Assembly: GCA_040767965.1 (NCBI GenBank)
Contig: JAXGNR010000011.1
Location: 1-62,239 of the forward strand
Source of the DNA: Atribacterota bacterium
GTDB lineage: Bacteria; Atribacterota; Phoenicimicrobiia; Phoenicimicrobiales; Stramentimicrobiaceae
Length of the DNA stretch: 62,239 nt
Direction: 5' to 3'
The position numbers and the translations under genes were made by a program. This document shows, in pieces, positions 19,228-26,315 of this stretch. The notes beneath the pieces are model-generated. The model saw only the letters and a program-made list of their open reading frames with translations, was not told the DNA's origin and searched no databases. Every line of letters starts with the position of its first letter. The stretch's first letter is position 1.

Positions 19228-20088
19228 AACCAATTAGAAAAAGACTAGAGGAAGCAAGAAAAGAAACTGGCTTACCATGGGAAATAATTGAAAAGGATTA
19301 TATTCTTTCTTGGATTTTAGCTGGTATTGCTACCAACAAAGCATTAAAAAACGAATTGATATTTAAAGGAGGAACTGCATTAAAAAAGTGTTATTTTGGA
19401 GATTATAGGTTTTCAGAGGACCTTGACTTTAGTTTAAAAAAATAATATTTCAGGGGAAAATATTCTAGAACAAGAGATTAAAAGGTCTTGTAAGGTTGCT
19501 GTAGATTTGGTTCAGAAGTTTTCACCTCTTGAGTTGAAAATTGAAAAATATACGGAAAAGCAAAGTCATCCAGATAAACAAGAAGCATTTACTGTTAGAG
19601 GTAAATTCCCCTGGCACAGAGATTTTTTTTCGAAAGCCAAGATCGAAATTACAACTAATGAACCAATTATAATGGAACCCAAAAAAAGAAATATTATTCA
19701 TGGTTATCAAGAGGATCTATCAAAAGAATTATCCGTTTATTCACTTGAAGAAATTATATCTGAAAAATTAAGAGCAATATTACAACATTTAAAGAAATTA
19801 GAACAAAGAGGTTGGACAAGATCACGAGCAAGGGATTATTATGATTTATGGAGAATCTTTAATGCTTATAATAAAGATTTAAATTTGAATAACATACCAT
19901 CAGTCTTTCTAAAAAAATGTGAAGTTAAAGATATTAATTTTTCAGGGGCAGATGCTTTTTTTGATGAGAGATTATTGACATATATTGCTGATACTTGGAA
20001 TCAATGGTTAGGTCCTTTGGTTCCAGATCTGCCAGAGTTTCAGTTAGTAATAGATGATTTAAGAGAAAAGATCTACCAGTTATTTTAA
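19224..20088 (+). pseudogene. abiEii: AbiEii nucleotidyltransferase toxin, frameshifted at A7 run 19436-19442
   Basis: ATGA overlap with abiEi; EKDY, FKGGTALKK, RFSEDLDF, then EKLRA and RARDYYDLW in the next frame. Confidence 0.85.
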
Positions 20089-20269
20089 TTAAGAATATAT
20101 TTATTTTTTCCAATATCTATATAGATATTCCCAATAATACAGATAAAAATTAGCATAAGTGGAGACAGGTATTTTCAGAATTATTTTTTTATAGTCTGAT
20201 GATTCTTACTGACTATTACAAAAAAGCCTAAAATTGATGCAAGCTAAAACATCTATATAATTGGCGAAT

Positions 20270-20306
20270 AAGAAAGACATGGGGGCCAGGTCTTCACATT
20301 TGACAT
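20270..20306 (+). repeat. Array repeat (TTTGACAT type)
   Basis: AAGAAAGACATGGGGGCCAGGTCTTCACATTTGACAT; first 15 nt identical to 4363-4377. Confidence 0.88.
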
Positions 20307-20339
20307 AAAATACAAAATAGAAAACAATAAGAGGTCATC

Positions 20340-20513
20340 TTGAACAATCAAAAATTTAAAATTGTAATCATTTGTCCCCTTGATGATGAATATTATGCTT
20401 GTAAAGAAATACTGGGTTTGCAGAATGAATCAGAAGTAGCAGGACGAATTGTTTCAGAAAGAAAAAAGGATAATGTAAAAGTAGTTACAATTAAATCAAG
20501 AGTTGATAAAATA
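20340..20513 (+). pseudogene. 5' fragment (copy 3) of MTA/SAH nucleosidase gene
   Basis: 58 codons colinear with 16797..; followed by TTTGACAT and GGGTCAGATATTG (20543) repeat remnants. Confidence 0.85.
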
Positions 20514-20680
20514 TTTGACATTGGCTTTTTAGGTCAGTCAATGGGTCAGATATTGTCTTGAAATACAAACCTTACCCTTTATTCGTAAATCATCTTCCCA
20601 TCCTTCAATTGTTTCTTGATTCTCTGTACCCATTTTAACGACTCCTGTCTGGGCAGGGCGTCTTTGGTCACATTATTGCA

Positions 20681-20910
20681 TAGTATTTAGCCGTTAGTAT
20701 TTGGTATTTAGTGTAAAAACTGTAAGAGAATGAAATGATGGAACGTTGGAATTATGCAATAGTGGAAGATTGGAAATCAAGAAAAGACAACATTTAAAAT
20801 ATTTATTCACATTTTTACATTCTTCCAATATTCCATTGTGCTAGGCTATACAGCTTTGAGTAAAAAATTATTTTCTCTTTTTCTAAAAACTAAAAACAGA
20901 AAACTAAAAA
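20681..20910. repeat. Nested inverted short-period repeats (7-mer outer, 8-mer inner)
   Basis: TAGTATT-type x4 (20681-20708) opposed by CTAAAAA-type x4 (20883-20910); TGGAAnnn-type x6 (20731-20778) opposed by TTCCA-type units (~20805-20844). Confidence 0.6.
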
Positions 20911-20968
20911 CCTCTCCCCCAGGAGATATCAGGAGAGATTTGTTTTATTCATCTTAGTATTATTCATA

Positions 20969-21025
20969 TTACCTCAGGTAAGTACCCCTGGGGAAGAAAT
21001 GTAAGTAGGTTGTTACCTGAGGTAA
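20969..21025. repeat. Pair of 13-bp near-palindromes
   Basis: TTACCTCAGGTAA (20969-20981) and TTACCTGAGGTAA (21013-21025) are exact reverse complements, both followed by GTA. Confidence 0.7.
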
Positions 21026-21135
21026 GTAGGGTAAAAAGATAAAAAGTTGAAATTGACTATTATAAAAAGTTAGAATATTCATATTGGGAATTCCATAATT
21101 ATATAAAATGTAAATGGCAATAAAGAGGTGCTTCA

Positions 21136-21921
21136 ATGAAAAAACCAAAATCATCTATAGAGGATTTAAAGGATATTTTTGAAAAAAACATTAAGGCAAG
21201 ACATATCACCGAACCGCTCTATTCTTTTGATTCATCAGCTGATGCCCAGCAAGTTAAGAAAATTATGTATGAAAAAGATTATGATGTTATAGGAATAAGA
21301 GATGGTGGAATAATCCAAGGTTATGCTGTAAGAGGTGATTTGGATAAAGGTCAGCTTGGCATTTATTTCAGGAATTTTAACGAACAGGAAATTTTACCCG
21401 ATAATGCAACAGTTGATGAAGTATTTGACAAGATAAAGATTTATGACCACATTTTTATTACAGCATTTGATAGGGTATCCGGAATTATAAGTCCTGGAGA
21501 TTTAGAAAAAATACCTGTTAGAATGTGGCTGTTTTCTCTTGTTTCTCTAATTGAGATGCAGATGCTTCGAATTATTAGAAATAAGTTCCCCGGAAATAGC
21601 TGGAAAAAGTTTATTTCTTCAGAAGAAAGGTTAAGTGACGCAGAGGAAATATTTAAAGAGCTTAGAAATAAGAACAAAGCGATTGAGTTGGTAGATTGTT
21701 TACAGTTTTGTGATAAGCGTGACATTATTTTGGAGAATCCAGATATTTTAAAACAACTTAAATACAGTAAGAATAAATTTGATGAGTTACTCAAAGATCT
21801 TGAAAACTTAAGAAACAATTTGGCTCATGCTCAAAGCATAATTACTTATCAATGGCCAAAGGCGATTACTTTATCGAAAACAGCGGAAAAACTTCTTACC
21901 AGGTTCGAAGCAATTAATTAA
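21136..21921 (+). CDS. CBS-pair-like + HEPN (Swt1-like) protein
   Basis: IKARHITEPL..YDVIGI..VSGIISPGDL (CBS-like), LIEMQM..LRNNLAH (HEPN RxxxxH). Confidence 0.65.
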   Translation: MKKPKSSIEDLKDIFEKNIKARHITEPLYSFDSSADAQQVKKIMYEKDYDVIGIRDGGIIQGYAVRGDLDKGQLGIYFRNFNEQEILPDNATVDEVFDKIKIYDHIFITAFDRVSGIISPGDLEKIPVRMWLFSLVSLIEMQMLRIIRNKFPGNSWKKFISSEERLSDAEEIFKELRNKNKAIELVDCLQFCDKRDIILENPDILKQLKYSKNKFDELLKDLENLRNNLAHAQSIITYQWPKAITLSKTAEKLLTRFEAIN

Positions 21922-21983
21922 AAATCAAATAGTTTTTAATCTATGTAAAAATAAAAAGCAGCAATATTGAAAAGGGGGACAGG

Positions 21984-22259
21984 TTGAAAAAATATATTAC
22001 TGAATATCTAAAAGCAGCTCATAAACATTCTATCTTTCATAAAAAGGAAATTATGGAAAGTGAGTTATGTGGCTGCTTTAATTGTTTACGCACATTTACT
22101 CCGGATGAAATTTTCTATTGGGTTGATGAGGAGAATCCAAAGAGTTCTACCGCTATGTGTCCTTATTGTAACATTGATGCTGTTATCGGCTCTAAATCCG
22201 GTTTCCCTGTTGATGACCAGGATTTTTTGGAGGAGATGCAAAGACATTGGTTTGGATGA
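21984..22259 (+). CDS. Small Cys-rich Zn-binding hypothetical protein
   Basis: AHKHS..CGCFNC..TAMCPYCNIDAVIG. Confidence 0.75.
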   Translation: MKKYITEYLKAAHKHSIFHKKEIMESELCGCFNCLRTFTPDEIFYWVDEENPKSSTAMCPYCNIDAVIGSKSGFPVDDQDFLEEMQRHWFG

Positions 22260-22439
22260 TGAGCTGCTCCCAAAAACAAAAGATTTAACATAATATGCCA
22301 TTCTTTAAACAAAATACAGAGCAGGATTTGGGGTTTTATATTTTCAACAAAGATCAGGTATTTGCTGAGAACTTTTTGTAATAATAAAACAAAATTAAAA
22401 TATAGAAGGGTATTTATTTTAATTTAAAAATGTTAGGAC

Positions 22440-22468
22440 TTGACATTTAAATCATAACATCTTATAAT
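22440..22468 (+). promoter_or_regulatory. Consensus sigma70 promoter for DGQHR-ARPP-1 pair
   Basis: TTGACA-17 nt-TATAAT exact match; AGGAGG RBS downstream. Confidence 0.85.
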
Positions 22469-22495
22469 TTTATTACACAATCAGGAGGTAGTAAA

Positions 22496-23812
22496 ATGGG
22501 ACTAAAAATTACAGGAGTTAAATTTATTCAGCATGATACTCATTTTATCATTGGGTATGCCAAGGCGGGGGATATCTTAAGACAAATCAGGGTTGATGAA
22601 TGGAGTATTGCCAATCCTAAAGGATACCAGCGTAGGGCAATTGAGAGAAGGGCAAGAGAATTTGGTAATTTTATTGCCAATAACGGTATTTCCCCCAGTG
22701 CAGTCTTATTAAATATTAGAGATATAGATATAAATGATATACATAAAATCAATGAAAATGAATTTGAGGTTCCTGCTGGTATAAATTTGTGGATAGTTGA
22801 CGGACAGCATAGATTAAAGGGCTTAGAACTTGCCAGCATGAAATATCCTGATGTTTTAGAAATAAATATCCCAGTTATTATATTAAATTTACAATCAGCC
22901 GATCCGGATTTAACCAGAAAACAAGAAGCTACCCAATTCCTTATCATTAATAAAACCCAGAAAGGTGTTCGTTCTGATTTGGCTGAACGTATTTTAGCCC
23001 AGGAAGAAGTAAAGAAGGAACAGCATGAAAATCTGGATATACCAACTTTTTTAAGAAGAAATAGTAAATTAGAAATTGATCAGAATGAAGTAATCAAAGA
23101 AAAATCAGAATACCTGTATAACAAATCTTATAATATGTCGATGCCGCCCATTTATAAAGACAATCTTAAAGCAATCGATAAAGAATCATCTCACATCAAT
23201 TTCAACCAAAGTGTCCTTCCAAGTAATCTCAGAAGAGAATTGCGCTGGAAACCCCGGGCTGTGTATATTGCTGATTTACTTAATAATCGACTGGATTCTC
23301 CACTACAGGGTAAAATGAAATTACCCAATAGCCGTCCCAGGGGTACTACCTTCAGCCAGGTTTCCATGGTCGGTTCACTGAAAAATGTTTTGAGTACAGC
23401 ACCCTTTTCAAGTTTGTCCGAGGATGAGATAGCTTCTGTCCTTATCAACATGTGGAAAGCAGTCAAAGAGCTTTGCCCGGAGCCCTTCCAGGAAGTGGAA
23501 AGAAAACAAAGGGCGGATGATTATGTTTTGTTAAAGACTACTGGAATATTTGTCATACCAAAAATATTGATTGGTATAAACTCCTATATGCCCCATGATA
23601 ATGAACGTCATATTTATACTATGGAGGTTTTCGAGAGTTTCCTGTCCCGTGCTGGTCGGTTGATGGAAGCAGGCTTCTGGCGTTCAGCTGGACCTGGTAC
23701 TGCTGGCTCCTATGGTACAGGCCAGAAGAGTTTTTCTTATATTGCTCAGCAGATTATAAAACGAATTATCACGAAGGGAGATGATCGAGGAAAGCAAAAT
23801 GTAATTTTGTAA
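22496..23812 (+). CDS. DGQHR-domain (DndB/ParB-like) protein
   Basis: GYQR, WIVDGQHRL, QFLIINKTQKGV. Confidence 0.88.
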   Translation: MGLKITGVKFIQHDTHFIIGYAKAGDILRQIRVDEWSIANPKGYQRRAIERRAREFGNFIANNGISPSAVLLNIRDIDINDIHKINENEFEVPAGINLWIVDGQHRLKGLELASMKYPDVLEINIPVIILNLQSADPDLTRKQEATQFLIINKTQKGVRSDLAERILAQEEVKKEQHENLDIPTFLRRNSKLEIDQNEVIKEKSEYLYNKSYNMSMPPIYKDNLKAIDKESSHINFNQSVLPSNLRRELRWKPRAVYIADLLNNRLDSPLQGKMKLPNSRPRGTTFSQVSMVGSLKNVLSTAPFSSLSEDEIASVLINMWKAVKELCPEPFQEVERKQRADDYVLLKTTGIFVIPKILIGINSYMPHDNERHIYTMEVFESFLSRAGRLMEAGFWRSAGPGTAGSYGTGQKSFSYIAQQIIKRIITKGDDRGKQNVIL

Positions 23813-23828
23813 TCTATTTAGTTAGGAA

Positions 23829-24824
23829 GTGAAAAAAATGGAAAAGATAATAAGTGATTTTATCTCACAAATACACTTTGGAGAAGTGCAGAGTTATCAG
23901 AATATGCAGGTAATTCCTTTGTACTCAGATATCAAAGAAAACTTGCTTTATCTGACCTTAAAGGAAGCCCTGGAGAAGAGATTGCTGGTTATCCAGGAAG
24001 TAAGTACAGGGGGCTCGGTACCTGAATTAAAAGTAATCAATCACTCTGATACCCGGGTATTGTTAGTAGACGGAGAGGAATTATCAGGAGCCAAGCAAAA
24101 TAGAGTATTGAATACCACCATTCTGGTAAAAGGGAAATCAGAGCTGAATATACCGGTCAGCTGCACCGAACAGGGACGATGGTCCTACCAGACAGATAGT
24201 TTTTATGATTCAGATATTATTTCTCCAACTTTTTTAAGAGCCAAAAAGGCATCTTCGGTCAATATTTCCTTGAAACAGGACAGAGGTTATCATTCTGATC
24301 AACAGGAAGTGTGGGAAAATGTTGCTTTCTTACGCAATAGTGCCAGGGTTAATTCTGCTACCGGCGCGATGAAGGATGTTTTTAAGCAAAAGGAAACAAA
24401 TTTAGAGGAATACCTTGAAGCCTTTCAGTGTTTACCTTACCAGAAGGGCATCTTTGTTTTTATTGATGGAGAGATTGCCGGCTGGGATATCCTCTCCCGT
24501 GAATCATCTTTTGCGCTTATTTTTCCGAAACTGGTCAAGAGTTATGCCATGGATGCTTTGTTAAAAGAAGAGAAGAAAGTGGTCACATGCCGGAATCCAA
24601 TAGAAGAAGCCAGGCATTTTTTGGAAGGAATACAAGATTGCAAGGAGGACAAATATCCATCAACAGGTCAGGGATTTGATTATCGCTTTGAAGGAGAAGA
24701 TAAAGTTGGTTCGGCTCTGGTTGTTGAGAATGAGATTATTCATATGGCTTTTTTCAGGACGACCAGGGAAGAAAAAACTGGCAGGATGTCCGGGTATAAG
24801 AGGAGAAGAGGATATCGGATTTGA
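23829..24824 (+). CDS. ARPP-1 / DUF6569 family protein
   Basis: GGSVPELKV..LLVDGEELSGAKQNRVLNTTILV..IPVSCTEQGRW..Q.EVW. Confidence 0.75.
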   Translation: MKKMEKIISDFISQIHFGEVQSYQNMQVIPLYSDIKENLLYLTLKEALEKRLLVIQEVSTGGSVPELKVINHSDTRVLLVDGEELSGAKQNRVLNTTILVKGKSELNIPVSCTEQGRWSYQTDSFYDSDIISPTFLRAKKASSVNISLKQDRGYHSDQQEVWENVAFLRNSARVNSATGAMKDVFKQKETNLEEYLEAFQCLPYQKGIFVFIDGEIAGWDILSRESSFALIFPKLVKSYAMDALLKEEKKVVTCRNPIEEARHFLEGIQDCKEDKYPSTGQGFDYRFEGEDKVGSALVVENEIIHMAFFRTTREEKTGRMSGYKRRRGYRI

Positions 24825-24841
24825 TAGGGTAATTAGTCTTA

Positions 24842-24878
24842 GAGTTAAATCTTAAAATATAAAATTTTAATCTAACTC
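24842..24878. repeat. Decayed hairpin copy of array repeat
   Basis: GAGTTAAATCTTAAAAT..ATTTTAATCTAACTC; differs from GGGTCAAGTCTTGAA mostly by transitions. Confidence 0.45.
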
Positions 24879-24963
24879 ATAGATTTTTACGCTACTGATT
24901 AATTTTTTAATCTCTTTTTATCTGTATCTGAAATTATTATGCTTTTCTGTGGGATAAGTGGAT

Positions 24964-25003
24964 GAGATTGCTTCATTCTGCTGATGCAGAATTCGCAATG
25001 ACA
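24964..25003. repeat. Small palindromic element of GAGATTGCTTC..CGCAATGACA type
   Basis: GAGATTGCTTC-ATTCTGC-TGAT-GCAGAAT-TCGCAATGACA hairpin; a decayed sibling follows at ~25014-25056. Confidence 0.6.
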
Positions 25004-25173
25004 AAGAGAGGAGAGATTTTTTAGTGCCTCTGGCAGGTCTGAACATTAATATGACAATTAATTAAAAATGTCTTTGAGTGAAAAATGAGTAAGAGAAAGA
25101 TAATGAAACAGGGAATGGTTTTTTGTATCATTCAGAAAAAAATAATAAATACTATGGGAGTAAGGGAGGATTA

Positions 25174-25225
25174 GGTGTCAGATACTGAAATATCAGGTAA
25201 TATTTATAATTTTCGACCTGAGCCC
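25174..25225. repeat. Hairpin form of array repeat near right border of array
   Basis: GGTGTCAGATACTGAAATATCAG (17/23 to GGGGTCAAGTCTTGAATTATCAG) .. TTTCGACCTGAGCCC; about the same length as 5698-5748. Confidence 0.65.
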
Positions 25226-25294
25226 ATTAGATTTAAGATTGACCATATGTTTTATTGATAATATAATAAACCATAATAAATCACTAAAATTCAA

Positions 25295-26155
25295 GGTAAT
25301 GGCTAAACTTAATTGCACTAAATTTGCTCTTTGACAATGGAAATCTGTTGATTCAGTAATCTCCTTAATAGGATAACAAGGTTCTCATTACGGTGGTTAA
25401 ATCTCCACTCTACCTCTTTTAGATAGAGAGGAAAATAAGCATTGGAAATACCTCTATAATGATACAGCCAGTGTTTGGCAAAGGACCAGAAACCTTCAAT
25501 GCCATTAATGTGATCTCTGCCTTTGGGGACACCCTTGTCTTTTAATACAACCACATGATTACCTCTAACAGGCAGGAATGCATAGGCAAACCAGTCATCT
25601 GTGTAGTATAAACTCCCAGCCTTGGTATATTTGTTAATATAAGGCTGCATAGTTTCTTTAGCACGTGATGTGATAGGAAAAGTAAGGACTTTACCGTTTC
25701 TTTGATAGATACCAAAGACGATATTCTTGCCGGTTGCACCCCAGCCACGTTTTCCAGGTCTTCTGCCACCGAACATAGTTTCATCCATTTCAATCTCACC
25801 AGAGAGTGGTTTTAGTTCTTTGATACAATCACAGTATATTGCTTCTCTAAGCGTCCTAAACCATCTGAGAATTGTTGGTTTACTGTAAGGGATCCGAAAA
25901 CGCAGGCGATAAGCTGGAACACCTAAAGAAAAATAATCAACTAATCTGCCTTTCCAATAAGGTGAAATCCGGGTCTTGCTCCAGAGATTTTTAGATGCCT
26001 TTATGGTTAGTCCGCACTTACTACAACGGATCTGACCGGTGGAAAGAGACCAATATTTTTTACTGCCGCATCGAGGACATGTTTTCATACTCTCTTTATA
26101 CTGATTTATCAACAGTTTTTCAAGGTTCTAAGTGCAAGTTTCTTTTACCATTACC
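25295..26155 (-). mobile_element. IS1595-family insertion sequence
   Basis: Imperfect TIRs GGTAATGGCTAAACTTAATTGCACT / GGTAATGGTAAAAGAAACTTGCACT (19/25); no target-site duplication seen. Confidence 0.85.
25318..26112 (-). CDS. IS1595-family DDE transposase
   Basis: CPRC..CSKC Zn ribbon, EMDETMFGG, YTDD, HINGIEGFWS, YLKEVEWRFN. Confidence 0.92.
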   Translation of the reverse strand: MINQYKESMKTCPRCGSKKYWSLSTGQIRCSKCGLTIKASKNLWSKTRISPYWKGRLVDYFSLGVPAYRLRFRIPYSKPTILRWFRTLREAIYCDCIKELKPLSGEIEMDETMFGGRRPGKRGWGATGKNIVFGIYQRNGKVLTFPITSRAKETMQPYINKYTKAGSLYYTDDWFAYAFLPVRGNHVVVLKDKGVPKGRDHINGIEGFWSFAKHWLYHYRGISNAYFPLYLKEVEWRFNHRNENLVILLRRLLNQQISIVKEQI

Positions 26156-26162
26156 TTATTAT

Positions 26163-26226
26163 ATTCTAACAAAAAATAGATAAGCGATACTTTTCAAATT
26201 GTCATTTATCTATTTTTTGTTAGAAT
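26163..26226. repeat. 64-bp hairpin with perfect 21-bp arms at array/core boundary
   Basis: ATTCTAACAAAAAATAGATAA / TTATCTATTTTTTGTTAGAAT. Confidence 0.8.
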
Positions 26227-26315
26227 GAAACATTTCAATTAAAGCATTGGTTATGTTAAAATTAAAAATGGTTTTAATTTTATAAATAATAATTTTATGT
26301 GTTAGGGGATAATAA

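Noticed and set aside
13020-20185. Further weak repeat-like matches at ~13020, ~17546 and ~20161
   Set aside because: Similarity too low in AT-rich sequence to call without a statistical model.
4374-20306. CRISPR array
   Set aside because: Repeats are diverged and separated by tens to thousands of bases; no cas operon.
4244-20513. Diversity-generating retroelement TR/VR among nucleosidase copies or TPR repeats
   Set aside because: Mismatches involve all bases, not only adenines, and no reverse transcriptase is present.
21974-21986. GGGGGACAGGTTG as array repeat
   Set aside because: Equally explained as Shine-Dalgarno plus TTG start; no repeat tail.
22496-23812. Dnd phosphorothioation system
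   Set aside because: Only a DGQHR protein; no dndA/C/D/E or ssp genes in the window.
571-25225. Classical integron/CALIN
   Set aside because: No integron integrase in the window and no RYYYAAC..GTTRRRY attC hairpins seen after the genes; the recurring repeat is unrelated. A covariance-model scan is still needed.
26163-26226. attC site
   Set aside because: Ends TTCTAAC/GTTAGAA deviate from consensus, arms lack extrahelical bases, and it is a single copy; kept only as a hairpin.
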